This document shows, in pieces, positions 9,250 to 22,794 of a stretch of 64,000 bases of DNA. The stretch comes from Plasmodiophora brassicae. Taxonomy: Eukaryota. Made by a program: the position numbers and the translations under genes. Under the pieces are notes generated by a model, which saw only the letters and a list, made by a program, of their open reading frames with translations, ran no database searches and was not told where the DNA came from. Location of the stretch: the NCBI GenBank assembly GCA_036867785.1, contig CP145416.1:1302001-1366000 (forward strand), read 5' to 3'. Every line of letters begins with the position of its first letter. Positions within the stretch are counted from its first letter, which is position 1.

Positions 9250-12200
9250 TCAGGGCCCGTCCACGTCGTCGTCGCGCTGCGCGATCGACAACCGGGAACC
9301 GCACGCGGGGCAGCACGGCGACGCTCGTGGCGATTCACATCGGTGGCAGTATCGCGCGGCGCCCTGTTTGCCCTGGTGCTGCGACCTGGGTGCTGGGGCG
9401 GCGGCGGCGGCCAGTATCCGGGCGGCCGTCGACCGGGGCCGTGCGATCGGCGAGTGCACCGCCGCACAGGCCATGCCCGAGGCGCTGTCGCTCAGGGCGG
9501 CCCAGCGCGACAGCGCCAGGCCGATCGTCCCCGTCTCCGACGGCGACGCCCCGAACAGGTCGATCGGCGTGCCGCCCTCGTGGTCGAACACGATCCGCAG
9601 CGCGTCGACGTGGACGCCGGTGGCACCTGCCCTCGCGAACGCACTCAGCGAGCGGATCCCCTCAGGCGAGCGCCGGCCGCACGGTCACCTACCGAGGTTC
9701 GTCCTGGCCACTGACAGGGCGAAGGTGCGACGCTCTGCCCGGTACGCGTGCGGGCGCTGGCAGGCGCCGGCGTAGGCGACGAGGACGACGACGTCCGGCA
9801 GGACGATCAACGTGTGCACGGCAGCAGGGCACCGCCCGTCCAGGACGGCCCGCACGGCCCAGCTCGACACCCGAACGGCGCCTGGAGGGCCCCCTGTTGC
9901 ACCGGGTCAGCGATCAGGCAGGGGCGCGGGCGGGCGGACGCGCTCCAGTGGACCATGAGGGGTGAGGAATCGCATCGGTACGGCGAGCGCCCGAGCCAGG
10001 CGACCCATGATGTACCGGGCGCGGACGCGTTCGATGAGGGCAACGACGCCGGCGTCGAGCTGGTGGGACAGGACCTGACGCGTGTCGGCGTCCACTGTGG
10101 ACAGCAGGGCGCGGCACCGGTGCAGGAACGCTGTGGGCCGGTCGGCCACCTGTCGAACGGCGCTGGCCGACGGCAGGCCGTCGATGGCGTCCGGGTACGC
10201 CCGAACGTAGATCCGGAACAGGGACGCCAGGGCCGGCAGGAACCGGGCCAGGATGTCGGCGATCGACGCGTCCGACGCCAGACGGCTCGTCAGCGCGTCA
10301 AGCAGGCTGGCGTACACGTCCATGATGACGGCGACGACGTCCAGCAGGACGTCCCGCATGGGGGACTCGTGCCGACCGCCCGTCCGCACGGGCACGATAT
10401 GGCCCTGGAGCATGTCGGGGAACCGTTTCGTCACCTTGATGACGTGGAAGTGTGCCGGCCTGGCCGGCGTCTCGGGCGGCAGGTACGCGAACGACCGCCC
10501 CGGTGCGGGCCCACTGTGCACGCGCCTATACTCGTCTCGTAGCGCGGCCAGGGCCTGGCGCTCGGCGACGAGCCATGCGCCCAGGAACGAGACGGGCGCC
10601 GGGCACGACTGGACGCCCGGGTGCCCACACTGGCCACAGTACGGGGCACACGCGCCCGGGTGGCCTTGCGCGTCAAGGCCGTGCCGGAACGACTGGCAGG
10701 CAGAGCACTGAACGACGACGACAGCGGCGCGCTCGTCGGTGCTGACGCTGGGTGGCATCTGCAGCGTCCGGCGAAGGTCGTCTAACGCGAGCAGGACCTC
10801 GTGCCGCGGCTGGACGTTGAGCACGCGTGCGTCCTTCTGCGCGCCCGTGTCGAATTCGCCGAGCGATCGCAGCCCCAGACGACGATTGTGACGCTGTCGA
10901 CGCGCCTCGTAAGAGTTCGCGGCCGGCACCTCGACGACCTGGGACGGCATCCAGAAGTCGTCGGTCGTACGCGTCGACCCGCTGGCCAGCGAGGGTTGCC
11001 CAGAGCGGACGACCATCTGGAACAGAGAGCGTCGGCAGGGTTGGCAGGTGGGAGCACGGCCGATGCCACTTGGCGCGCGGGGCAGCAGGACCGCCTGCGA
11101 CAGGCACGCGGCGCACGCCATCCTGCGGCAGCACATCTGGCAGCGCACCTGGTAGGAGCTCGGCAGCAATCGCCGGCCCGTCTCCCGGGCGCACCTCCCG
11201 CAGTACGGGTCCTCATCAGGCGACAGGCCGCCCTGATGCCGTCGAAGAGCGCTCTCGAACGCCGCCGCCTTGTCCATGTCGTCGAACTCGACGACGACGG
11301 TGGCGCTGCCCGGTGCGGTCAACTCGACGGCAGGCCCGGTTCGGACGCCGCGAATGGCCGAAGCGCGCCAGACAGCACGGACCGTGTGCGGATGCCGCGC
11401 GGATCGTACCACGCAGTGCTGCCCAACGACGTCGGCCACCAGCGCCGACGGCGCCACCAGGTCCGCGTCGTGCAGCTTCGGACATTCCCGCCGCGTGTCG
11501 TGCAGGGCGCGCGCCAGAGCCGCGCCGTCGACCGCTCGAATGCGGTACAGGCGGCCGTCGGCGCAGTGCAGGTCGACGACGCGCGTGGTGTTCGACGCGG
11601 GGTCCCGCGCCACAGCGGCCGACCCGGTCGGGATCACGTCGAACACGTCGACGGCGATGGACTGGTCGAGTGCGCGTCCCAGGACGATGACGTCGTCGAA
11701 GACGATCAGCTGGCAGGACAGGTTCCGGGCCGGGGACATCAGCAGCGTCGGGCGCTGGTCGCCCAGCAGTTTGGCAAGGACAGCAGGGCGGGATCGGGTG
11801 GCGGCTCGTTCCCAATCGAGGTCCTGCGCCTGCTGCTGCTGCTGCTGGCGACCGACAACCGTGTCCTCGTAGTCGATGGTGACGTCGCCGGCCCAGACCA
11901 GTGCGGAGGACGCCAACGGCAGATCGGTTCGCGATGCGGCCGACTGGACGAGTTGCCGCTGACGGGCGGCCTCCACCCGATCGGCGATCGTCGTCGTGGC
12001 GTCCCGGGCACGTTCCACGGCGGCAGACAGGTCCTGTGCGTCCGGGTGGCCCTCCGGCGTCAACGTCAGAAGGCGTCGTAGGGCGAGCTCGTAGAACGGG
12101 AGGCGGGTTAACGGTGCCCCCAGGCTGGCACGGACGCGGAGCAGGGCGTCGTCGTCGCTGGCGTCGTCGAGGACGTGCTGCAAAGCGGCGGACGCCATGC

Positions 12201-12684
12201 CGAATACGGGGGCGTACGATGCCAACAGGTCCCGGACGATGGCGATGTGCCCCTGCATGATGTGTCCGATACAGGACTGCATCGGGTCGTACTTGTCGAT
12301 GACGCGAACGAGGGCGTCGACCGTGTCGCTGTGCAGGTCGCGTAGCACCTTTGCGATCTGCAGGGCGGTCAGAAGCGACGGGAAGCGGAGGACGTCAGGC
12401 GACGCAGGGTCGTGGTCGTTGTACGCGTCCAGGACCGGGAAGGCGACCCGCTTCAATGCCCATTCCAGGGCGCTGACAAACTGCCAGACGCTGTTCAACC
12501 AGGCGGGACGGCCAGCTACGAACGAGACACGGCATCTGACCTGGCGTTCGTTGCCGGTCAGTTCGCCGATGATGTCCAATCGGTTGAGGCGGGCGTCGGC
12601 CGGCGACCAGGTCGCTGGCTCCCGCTGCGACGTTGACCGTGACCGGTCGTCAATGGGCGCCGCGTCCGTGGCGACGACCTCCAT
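9250..12684 (-). CDS. RhoGEF-like protein: DH-PH, FYVE-like zinc finger, second degenerate DH/PH region, C-terminal CxxC..CxxC
   Basis: DH end motif [31 protein letters not shown]-like [11 protein letters not shown]; Cys cluster [23 protein letters not shown]; later LAVPMRFL. The 3' exons are inferred from ORFs 9685-9870 and 9250-9591. Confidence 0.7.
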
Positions 12685-13237
12685 TTGGCGATGGCTGAGA
12701 CTCTGTCGTTCTGGGATATACGACCCTGGCCGTGTCGCTCGCTCGTTTCCCCTGATATTTACGCCAGTCCACGTTACAGCGGGAAGCTCGTCACTTGTGG
12801 ATCCACATTCACGTATAGCGGGTTCACCCGGCAGACGCGCCTGCCCATCGGCTAGGTAATGGATCCAGCGTGTCTACCCGCCAATGTTGTGCACACACGG
12901 GACGCCGTTCCATTGCGCCTGGAGAGCCCAGGTCTCGTTCGACGCTGTCGTATAACCGAGTGGGTAATGCGGGCACCGGGCGGAAGGTTGGGGGGTGGCG
13001 GAGGCCCCCGGGAACTGCCCCGCCCGCCTATCGCCCGCTGATCCTTTTCCGGGTCGTCCCCTTCGGGGCAGCGTTTTGGCGTGGGCCTGCGGCGCCGTCC
13101 TCCGGCGGTCCGCGGGAAGGCGGCCCTTCCTGTTGGTCTGAGCCCGGGCCTTCCGCATGGTATCGACCCGTCGCCGTCGCCAGGGCGATGACGGCGGGCG
13201 ACGCCAGGACGATGCGCCCGTGGGCGCCAGGCGTCCC

Positions 13238-14497
13238 ATGTCCCGTCTGAGCGTGCGACGTCCGAAGGCGTACCTGGACGGGTTGCTGGCGCGGGCCATT
13301 GCCGGCGTGTTTGCCGGGTGCGCCGTCAACAACGTCACGTTAGGTAACGCCCGAGGCGGCCCTGAATCCACGTGCGCACCCGGCGTATGACTGGTGACAG
13401 AGCTGCTGGTGAGAGCCGATCCCGGTATTGGGAATACGGTGACGGCGTCCCAGTTCGTGTTCATCGCCCTGGTCGGCCTCGTGACGCACCTGGACCGGCG
13501 CCTGCGACTGAAACCTCGTCATTCGCCGTTTTCGTTCGTCCTGGCGACCACGGCCGTCTTTCTCACTGTCTCCATCATCAACAACGTCGTCTTCAAGTAC
13601 AACATCTCCTTGCCGTTCCACATGATCTTTCGCAGCTGTAGCCTGGTCGTTTCGTTGCTCCTCGGCCTGACGGTCTTTGGCAAATCGTAAGACGTCGCAT
13701 GGTGCCGACCCCATCGCCCATTGCTGTTGTTGTCGACCTACGGTGCCATGCAGGTATTCGATGAGGCAGACCCTGTCCTGTCTGATGATCACAGCTGGGG
13801 TCCTGCTGGCCACGTTCGCCGACAGCAGTGCCCGGTCGTCGGCGCCATGCTGTGATAACGAGGGGAGGCAGACGACGGATAACGCCGCGGACGACGGCAC
13901 CCTGGCCACCTGGATGTTTGGCGTCAGCCTGCTGGTCATCTCCCTGGTGCTGTCCGCCGTCCTGGGCCACTGCCAAGAATGGGGGTACCGGAAGTACGGG
14001 CGGCATCCACAGTACGCCGCCATTGGATTGCCAATGTGGTACGCGCCCCGCATGCTGACACGCGCGTTGCTCGTCTCAGGGAGAATATGTTCTATTCGCA
14101 CCTGATGGCGGCGCCGTTCTTCCTGTTCCTCGCGTCTGATATTGGGCCGCGAGGGGCGGCTCTGCTGCAGTCGTCGCCCATCGACCTGCTCGGCGTCGGC
14201 CTTCACCCCGGCCTCATCCTGTTGGTCAACGTCGTGTCACAATGGGTTTGTGTCCAATCCGTGTATGATGTGACGGCGCTGTCCACCACGCTGACGTGTA
14301 CGTTCACGCTGACGATCCGCAAGTTCCTGTCGTTGATCATCAGCGTCGTGTTTCTCGGCAACGCCTTCACGCTGCTGCATTGGCTGGGCACTGCCATGGT
14401 GTTCGGCGGCACTGTCCTGTACAGTCTCCCTGCCGACCTGTTCGCCGACGCTGGCCCCCCGCCGTCGACGACGACGAAAACCAGGAAACATGAATAG
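13238..14497 (+). CDS. SLC35B4: Nucleotide-sugar transporter, UAA family (SLC35B4/YEA4-like), multi-exon
   Basis: GCAVNNVTLE, GNTVTASQF, YNISLPFHMIFRS, ENMFYSH, LTIRKFLSLIISV; C-terminal K-rich tail KTRKHE. Confidence 0.9.
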
Positions 14498-14903
14498 GGT
14501 GCCGTTTGCCAACGCAGCCAACGTTATTACGTGCGACTGTCGTGACCTGCCCAGACGGCATAACGATGTGGACGAGGATGGCAATGACGATAGCGGCGTG
14601 TGCGTGCTGGTGCGGCGTGAAGAACGTTCGAAACGCGCAGAGACGTGCGCCGACCCAATGACTAAGAGAACGCCTCGCGGGGCAAGGTGTGCGATGATTC
14701 TTGTTGCTGGTCGTCGGAGAGGTCATTACCGTCCGCTCCTGGGGATAGTCTCCACGACAAAGTCCCGATACGAATCGACGGGTTTCGATCTGGTGCCCGA
14801 GGCGAATCGGAATTTATGGGACCCCCCCGTGTGGTGAGTTTGGTAAGCGGGTTCCAGCAATGGACGTGCGGTACCGGTCCGGGAATTATGTGGCGCCCCT
14901 GCG

Positions 14904-16407
14904 TCAGCGCTGGCTCAGCGAGGTCTTGCGGTCCTTCGACTTGACGGAGAGGACATCTGGGAACGGACCGGCCATCGTATTCCCCGGACTGGAACGAAGC
15001 ATTGGGCCGAGGACCGCCTTCAGCCACCTGTGCACGAACGACGGTTTAGGTCGGAACGCGGCCATCTCGAACCAGATCTTGACGTAGGTCGCGCTGCTGG
15101 CCAGGAAGAATGTCAGCATGAAGATCGTGTAGTTGTCGACGGCGGCAGTGGCAACCCCGAAGATGAGGACCAGGACGACCTGGACCATCCCAGCACGGCC
15201 GGCACGCACCACGACCCTGGCGAAGTGCATCCGCTTCTGGTTCTCCGCCTTCCCGATCACGGTCTCCGACATGGACGTGAGCCGCTGCGCCAGCTTCTTC
15301 CCGTTCAGCGTAAAGTCAAAGTTGGTGTACAGGAACATGACCAGGTAGAAGAGGGCCAGGTACTGCGTACTCATCAGTTCGACCTCGATGCACGCCGAGA
15401 CGACCTTCTGCGCCATATCGCCGACGCAGAGGAGCACGACGACGGCCCTGTGGGGCACCGTTCCTGAATCAGCGGGCGCAGCAATGAGACGCGTCCTGCC
15501 GGCTGGCACCGTACCGAGTCGTCAACGCTAGAGCGCGGAACCACCGCGAGCGGTCACTGCCCTCGTTCAGCATATCGTTGAGCTGGAAAGATAGACAGGC
15601 CGTGCCCAGGAGCATGAAGGGGACGGACGCGGTCGACACGAAGGACTGCGGGCGCGCCTCGATGCATTGCAGGTCGCAGAAGGCGGCATTGACCGAGTAG
15701 ATCGACTCGATAATTGCCGACAGCGACGACGTCACCAGGACCACAACCGGGTACCGTGGAGCTCGACGGAAGCGCATCCGCTCGTCGAAGCAGAAGCAGA
15801 CGATCAAGGCGCTGGACGTGCAGAACGTGACCAGGGCGCTGAGTAGGAACACGACGGCCAGGTAGAAGGGCCCACTGGACGGAGATGCCAGCACGGCTGC
15901 CGCCGGATTGGCATCCCCAGACGTCATGACGATCAGCGCGTCCGGGTTGCTGCGAATCCAGTCGTACGTTGTCGCTGGGACCCGGTACGGCACCATGACA
16001 ATGGGCACCTGCCTGAACGCGCTCGTGTACGCCAGGTACTGATGCGCTATCGCGCCGTCCTGCGCGATCGTCCCGTGTGCGAACACGATGCCGAGGCATC
16101 CGGCCGAGGCGCACGACTGCGCCCAGAGGCGAGCACTGCTTCGAATGCGATAGTCGACGATGATGACGTGGTCGCGCGCGCCCTCCGACAGCACGTAATT
16201 GGCCTGGTCGGCCTCAGGGACGATGAACGTCGGCGCCATGACTCGGAACGACGCGTTGCCGCAAGCGAAGTGGTACGCGGTGACGCTGTCGAGCACGACC
16301 TGTTTCGTATCGGTGCCGTTGACGAACAGGAGCCCCGCTTGGGCAATCGCGACCAGGCACGAGAAGCCGATCGCGAAAGCGGAGGGCGGCACGTGGACGG
16401 CGGCCAT
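14904..16407 (-). CDS. Signal peptide + PA-like ectodomain + ~7 TM helices (GPCR-like orphan receptor), copy 1, 2 exons
   Basis: Ectodomain AQSCASAGCLGIVF...VPIVMVP resembles a protease-associated domain; seven hydrophobic segments counted by eye. Intron ~15449-15514; alternative ATG at 16428; clear paralog at 23138-24617. Confidence 0.7.
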
Positions 16408-16562
16408 CGGGCGCACCAAGCGAACCATATGATGGGTAGGCGGTGCTATCGCATAGGGGGGGCACCAGGGTACAGTTGAGTGAATCGTCGGGCGGATCCG
16501 AGACGACACCGGGTACGATTCCGTCGATCCCCGACCCGCCAGTATCAGCTGTCCCGACGATT

Positions 16563-17783
16563 ATGGCGACGACGACGTGCGCGTTTGCGCCCATGACCGC
16601 GCTGCTGAGCCAGCCCGTCTCCAACGCGGTTCCGGCTGGGCGTCCCGCCCCGACCACGCTGCGCGGGAAGGACACGATCGGGACGGCGCTTCGCGTGCTC
16701 TCGTCGGCACGTATCCTCGTAACCCGAGTCGTCTGCCGGCCGCACACCCATCGTGGCGTACCCATCACCCGCGTGATGTGTCACAGTCTGCGCCCGTGCT
16801 CGACGATACGGGATCCTGCGTTGGGATAGTCGGCTACCATAACTTCATCAAGGTCGGCAGGGCGTCTCCTGTTGGTCGTTGGACGACGACTCTGTTCTAA
16901 TCGAGCGGATCTGGTAGTCGTTCGGCATGGACACGGACAAGAGCGTGTTCCTGGCGACGCCGATCGAACAGGTGCAATGCCCTGGTCCGGTCCCGCCCCC
17001 CATGCTGACTGGCGGTTCATGTGCCCTCGCACCCGAACCACGCAGGTGCTCGTGTTCAGCCAGGAAGCGAACATTCAGGTGCAGCGGAGCACGACGATCC
17101 TCGACTGTGTCGCGATGCTGCGCTCGAAGGCGCACGTCCACCGGCTGATCACGGTCGTCAGCGACGCGGCGAACTCGATCGTGTCGCAGAGCGATATCGC
17201 GCGGTTCGTGCACGACCACCTCAGGACGGACGCCCTGCGCTCGTTCGCTCAGCTCAGGATCGCCGGCACGCGCCTCGGTAAACACATGCCCAAGAGCGTC
17301 ACGTCGACGGAAACGCTTCATGGCGCGTTGTCGACGATGATCCAGGAAATGGTCAGCTGCATACACGGCCCTGGCATTGGTGATGGTGACGACGACACTA
17401 TAGGTCACCTGTCTGGCGATCCTGGATCCGGCCAGCGGCGCGCTCGTGGGCAACCTAAGCGAATCCGACATTCGCGGCCTGGGCGCCGACACGTTCATGG
17501 CGCAGCTCAGCGAACCCGTTGGGCAATTCCTGTCCGAGTTCAGCATGCGCTCGCTGACGCCCGTCTTCGTGACGCCGCACGACACGATCATGACGCTGTT
17601 CGAGACCGTGGTCGGCAATCGCCTCCACCATGTCTGGGTGCAGGACGCCGACGGCAAGCCCACCGGCGTCATCACCCTGACCGACATCATGAATGCGCTG
17701 CTCGAGGTACATGTACTGATGAGCGCACGCCATGCCACCACCGCCTCTGACGCCAGTGACGCTCCCAGACAAAGGCGTCGTGA
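16563..17783 (+). CDS. Tandem CBS-domain protein (AMPK-gamma/SDS23-like), multi-exon
   Basis: Spliced VLSSARILSAPVLD, HVHRLITV..IVSQSDI, VGNLSESDIRG, RLHHVWVQDADGKPTGVITLTDI. The last exon and stop are uncertain (17759 or 17783). Confidence 0.85.
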
Positions 17784-17881
17784 CCGGTCGGGGCAGCAGA
17801 CGATCGTCGAGCAAATACATTCGCGGGGTCGGTCCCAATCGCGATCGGGCACACAGCAACACGACACACTGTTAACGAATG

Positions 17882-18949
17882 TCATTTTACGACCCAACGG
17901 TGACCCGCAGGCAACGTGGCACTGAGGACGCCGTCAGCAGCAGCAGCAGCAGGAGCGGCGAGGCGAGCATGCTTATCGCCCCGCGATCGGGACGACGTCC
18001 CGAATATGTCTGGGAAGGTGAGGACAGCGACGATGACCGAACAGACGAGTACGACGATCAGCAGGATGCAGCATTGTCGGCCGCGTGCATTCCTGGCGTG
18101 CTTCTCGGTCTTGATCAGGTTCTTCTCCGCCTTGGCCACGTACGACTTCGCGTCGCGCACGTTCCGCTCGATGACGTCCAGCGTCTCGCCCTGCAGGTCC
18201 ACCAGGTAGGCCATCTCGCCGAACAGGTCCTGCAGCTCCCGTACGCCCTGCTCGATGGCCAGAATGCCCTTGTGCCGCTCCTCGATCTCCACGACGGCAT
18301 CCACGGTCCGATCGTGCAGGCGCGCCATCGTCTCGTAGATCTGGCCGCTCTCGACCATCTGCTCGACCTGCGCACCGTGCCGTCAGCACCGTTCGTCGTC
18401 GTCGTGTTGGACAACAGACTGCGCGCCAGATCCCACCTGGTCATCGGTGACGTCCTCCATGATGATCCGGGCCTGGCGCGTGACACGTTGCTTGAGCGCG
18501 TCGCGGAACGAGTCGGCGGCGTGCTGGAACTCGGCGATGGCCTCGCGGAAGTGCCTGGCCTGCGTGTTGAGCAGGTTGCGGCGGATGAGGGCGATGGTGG
18601 ATCCGGGCGGCAGGCGAGCGTTGTCGGCGGCGACGCGGTCGAGTTCCGCTCTGACCAGGCGGGCGTTCCGTTTCGACGCGACCATGACGCGGTCCAGTTC
18701 GTCCATCAGGCGTCGCTGGCCGGCCTCCTCGACCTCCTGCATCGATCGGCGCCGCAGCAGGCCGATCAGGTCGACCGACTTGGAGATCTTGTCGATGCCG
18801 CCGATGACGACCGCGAACGGCGCCAAGGCCTCGTCCACCTCCGACGCCGTCGCCGTCGTCATGTCGCCCATTTCGACCTCGACCTGGCCCGCATGGCCGG
18901 CAACCACCCCCAGGTCGCCCAGGCGATCCACGACGCCGACGCGCTCCAT
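17882..18949 (-). CDS. Syntaxin (Qa-SNARE, syntaxin-1/SYP1-like), copy 1, 2 exons
   Basis: Habc helices, RQARII, SNARE motif EIEERHKGILAIEQGVRELQDLF..QGETLDVIE, TM CILLIVVLVCSVIVAVL plus a luminal tail. Intron ~18370-18437. Confidence 0.92.
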
Positions 18950-19374
18950 CGTGGATCCCGTCAGCGACCACGAGAAGCAGCAAGCAGGCAGGGTCGGGTG
19001 CCACTGCGACTTGCCGCTTCCTGGGCTTGGCCCGAAATAGCGACGGACGGGCCGTCGCCAGTCGCCAGATTTAGACAGCCGGAGCAGTGCCACTGTGTAT
19101 ATTAGGACGTAGGCACACCACCAGTACGCCCGCCGCCCGCAAGTCCTAGATGAGGACGCGGATTCGGGGAGCGAACCTGCCCAGGTGACGGCAGAACGCG
19201 TGCTGGATGGCCGAGCTGGGTCGCTCCGGGCCCAGGCTCCATGCCTCGGACGATGCTCGACGCGGCGCGGTGCATTGCGGATTGCCGGGGACGCCTGCAT
19301 CGGCGACCGGAAGCATTCCCGCATCGGAACCCGCGTCGTCATCGGTTGCAGGGGCGCCTGCGCACCCGCAGACG

Positions 19375-20743
19375 TCAGATGGCGCATAAGCGCGCCCAGT
19401 CAGCCAACGTACGTTGGACGTGACCCTTCCCGAACACGTGCTTGTAAGGGCGGTGTCGACCCGCTGCACTTCCGCTGCTGCCCTCATCGGGAGCGTCGTA
19501 GCGGATGCACAGAAGGCCATGACGTTGTGCGGGTGTGGGGTCGCTATCGGCGGCCGTGGCCTCGTTGACGAGCTCGATATGCCAGATGGGGTTCTCCTGG
19601 ATGCGAAGCATGGTGGTGCGTTCCCGAAGGTGAAGCTCGTGAAGCTCCGATTCCAGCGTGGCCAGCTGCCTATCGACGAACCTCTTCTCGCGACGATGGG
19701 CCTGCGCAGCTGGGTCCCGGGCGACGGCGTTCTGCACAAGCACGGCGGCCGGTCGACCTCTGTGAAGCCAGGCGCCGGGCACCACTTGCGATTCCCGATC
19801 CGCAACGCACCTGGGCGCACATCCATGAATCGACGGTGGTGGGATGCTAGCAGGCCGCGTGGAGACGTGCCTGGAATGACAGCCAGGTTCCTGTCGCGGC
19901 CGGACGGGCGACACCGGACCGGATGCCCGGCGACGACGCCCATCGCGACTCTGTCGCTGGACGTGGGCGCGCTGCTGCTCGGGAACAAGGGGATCGGGTT
20001 CGCTGACGGCAGGTGCGATGTCGGGCACGTCGATCAGATCAATGGGACGCAACTTGGGCTGGTGGCTGACACGATGGTCAGCGCATCCGCAGACGGCGAC
20101 AACGACGACGTCCTGCCGCTGCACCTACTAGAGCGACAGGGAGGAGATTCGTCCGCGTAAGACGGTCAGGAAATGGATGAATGCCTCAGCGTCAATCATG
20201 TCGGTCCACAAGTAGGCGAGCTCGAACACGGCGTCGAAGAACTGATCCCTGCTGAGCGCCGCCTGTCCTAGGCAGTCTCGATGCCAGTCGTTGACCGCCA
20301 TCTCCCGCATCTACATCCGTCAAATGGTTAGTCTCGTGAAGGGGGGTACTCGACGGATGGGGACCTGCGCCGGCGACTTGCTGCCGCCCTTGAAGATCGC
20401 TCGTGCCACTCGAGGGTGCCACTCTGTGACATACGCATGGCGCGACAGGCTCGCACCGTCGTCGTCGTGGTCGGGGACGACCATCATCCAGAACCTGCAC
20501 GACGGTCAGTCCTCGAACCTGGCGCGGGTCCAGCAACGACCCATCGTACTGGTGCAGCAGCCGCTCGATGCGAGCATCCTGCCGCAGGTCGAACAAGTCA
20601 ACAGGGCCCTCCCGAGCAACCGGTCTGCAATCACGCTTCCAGTGAGTCTCGCGACGTCGGCACGCGACGGGGCGTTACCGTGCCCAGCCGGGCTCGACCA
20701 GCGCTCGTTCGTGGTCGAACAGGCCATTGCTGTGCACGACCAT
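19375..20743 (-). CDS. Hypothetical protein with an EF-hand-like conserved block; structure uncertain
   Basis: Block DWHRDCLGQAALSRDQFFDAVFELAYLWTDMIDAEAFIHFL (20128-20310) looks like a conserved protist motif. Two in-frame TAGs at 20125-20130 require an intron or mark the true end. Confidence 0.45.
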
Positions 20744-21128
20744 GGCTCGCCCTAGAGCGGCCTGGGCGACTCAGTCGCGCGGCATCTATGAACGATTGGC
20801 GCCGGGGTACCACAGATCGGGCCGGGGGAAACATGGGACCAGACCGTATCTTGCTTGCTGCTCGTATTGACGCTGTCGCTCGTGCTGGGCACCAGGGCAC
20901 AGGCCCCCCAAGCCGGTCGAGCCGGGGCGCAAGTTTTTCGCCCAATCACCGAATGCGTTGCCGCGCTCGGTCCTGTCGCCTTTCCGGAGATCGGCGCGTT
21001 TCGTCGCTGGGGGTGGCGCCTGTGACCGGCGGCGATCCACGAGACGCAACGTCCGGCCATACTGCCGTCGTCGCTCGTACCGCCGTCTACCTGGGGCACG
21101 ACGGCGACGCACGCGACTCGCTGTCGCC

Positions 21129-22086
21129 ATGCAGAGCCGGCTCGATGACCTGAAGGCGTCGGGCGATTCGCCGAACGACAAGAAGGTCGAGACCAAGGTC
21201 GAGATGGTGAAGCTCGAGATCGAGCGCGGCAAATCCGAGGTCGACGAGTCGCTGGCGCCGTTCGCCGCCGTGATGGCCGGCATCCAGAAGATCGAGAAGC
21301 ACGTGGAGACGATCAACCTGCTGAAGCAGCGGTCGAAGCAGGAGGTCAAGGACGACGCGCAGCGCAAGATCATGGAGGACCTCGAGCGCACCATGATCGC
21401 CAGCAAGCGCGAAGCGCGCACCGTCAAGTCTGAACTGGATCGGATCGCCGCCGAGAACGCCAAGCTCGAGGACCAGGGGTCCACCACCGCCCAGATCCGC
21501 AAGAACCTCCTCAACACCCATGCCAGACACTTCCAAGAGGTGGGCATGGCGAGGAGCAGTACCCTGGCGCGCTCGACGTGCGCACTGACAGGTGCCCGCG
21601 TAGGTCGTGATTGAGTACCAGACCGCTGGTGACGCGTTCCGGGAATCGCTGAAGGAGCGCATCGCCCGGCAGGCGCGTATTGTCAAGGAGGACATCACTG
21701 AGGACCAAATCGAGGAGCTGATGAACAGCCCATCGCCCGGGGCAATCTTTCAGTCAGCCGTCGTCCGCCTGGACGACCGCATGATCGACGTCGTGCACGA
21801 AATTGAGGACCGGCACAAAGGCATGCTGGCCATCGAGCAGGGCGTCAAGGAGATTCAGGAGCTGTTCCAGGATATGGCTTGCCTCGTGGACCTGCAGCAG
21901 GAGACGCTGGACGTGATCGAGAAGAACGTGCTGGATGCGTCGAAGAACACCAAGGAGGGCGAGAAGAACATGATCAAGGCCGAGAAGCACTCCAAGAATG
22001 CACGCAAGGCGCAGTGCTGGATACTCTTCATCATCGCCGTCGTTGCCATTCTCATCGTCGTCTTCGTCATCCTCGTCAAGCATTGA
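21129..22086 (+). CDS. Syntaxin (Qa-SNARE, syntaxin-1/SYP1-like), copy 2, 2 exons
   Basis: MQSRLDDL start; EIEDRHKGMLAIEQGVKEIQELF..QQETLDVIE; C-terminal TM. Intron ~21540-21603. Confidence 0.93.
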
Positions 22087-22278
22087 GGCCCGCGCCCACA
22101 GCCGAGTCCAGCGGCCTATAATTACGTATACGACGAGTATTTATTCAGCATCCTAAACGAGGTCGCTGTACCTATCAATGGCAGCAAGCCCTGGTCAGCT
22201 GCCGACGATGAGCACAGTTACTCCCGGTTCCCATTACACTGCCACACTCTTTTAGGGCGACGGCCGCCGCGCGTTGTG

Positions 22279-22794
22279 ATGCCGCCGGTGTCGGTATGGC
22301 TGGTGCCGTCTCCGGGGTCGCCGAACGAGGCCTTCTGGCAGGAGCAGATCGCCGCTGCATGTGCGAGGACGTCGACGCCGCCGTTCCCGCCGCACGTGAC
22401 GCTGACGACGCTGTCGTCGGCCAACGCCGATGACATCGACAACGCGGTCACCGAGATCGTCGAAGCGTTCCAACCGATAACGCTGTCCTGCGCAGATGTC
22501 GGCACGTCGTCAACGTTCTGGATGTGCGTCCTCGCTGACATGGTCGTCTCGGACGAGCTGGGCGCGTTGCGGCGTGTCGCGGTCGGGCACCTGCGCGACA
22601 CGCGCTCGGGCATATACCGTCCACATTGTTCCCTGATCTACGCCGACATCAGCGCCGATGACCGACAGCGTATCGCCGACGACATACGGCAGCAGGGGCG
22701 CATCCCGGGTGCCACGTTCCAATGCGACAGGATCGTCCTGGTGGACACATCCGACCCCGATTACGCTCGTTGGATAGTAGAACCAGTGACGTAG
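22279..22794 (+). CDS. 2H phosphoesterase / cyclic nucleotide phosphodiesterase (CPDase-like), intronless
   Basis: Two HxT/S motifs (FPPHVTL, YRPHCSLIY); N-terminal SVWLVP. Confidence 0.88.
   Translation: MPPVSVWLVPSPGSPNEAFWQEQIAAACARTSTPPFPPHVTLTTLSSANADDIDNAVTEIVEAFQPITLSCADVGTSSTFWMCVLADMVVSDELGALRRVAVGHLRDTRSGIYRPHCSLIYADISADDRQRIADDIRQQGRIPGATFQCDRIVLVDTSDPDYARWIVEPVT

Noticed and set aside
6768-12081. Long antisense or alternate-frame ORFs (e.g. 6768-7958, 10801-12081; also 19414-20160, 57965-59275)
   Set aside because: Shadow ORFs expected at high GC opposite real genes, with no family motifs.
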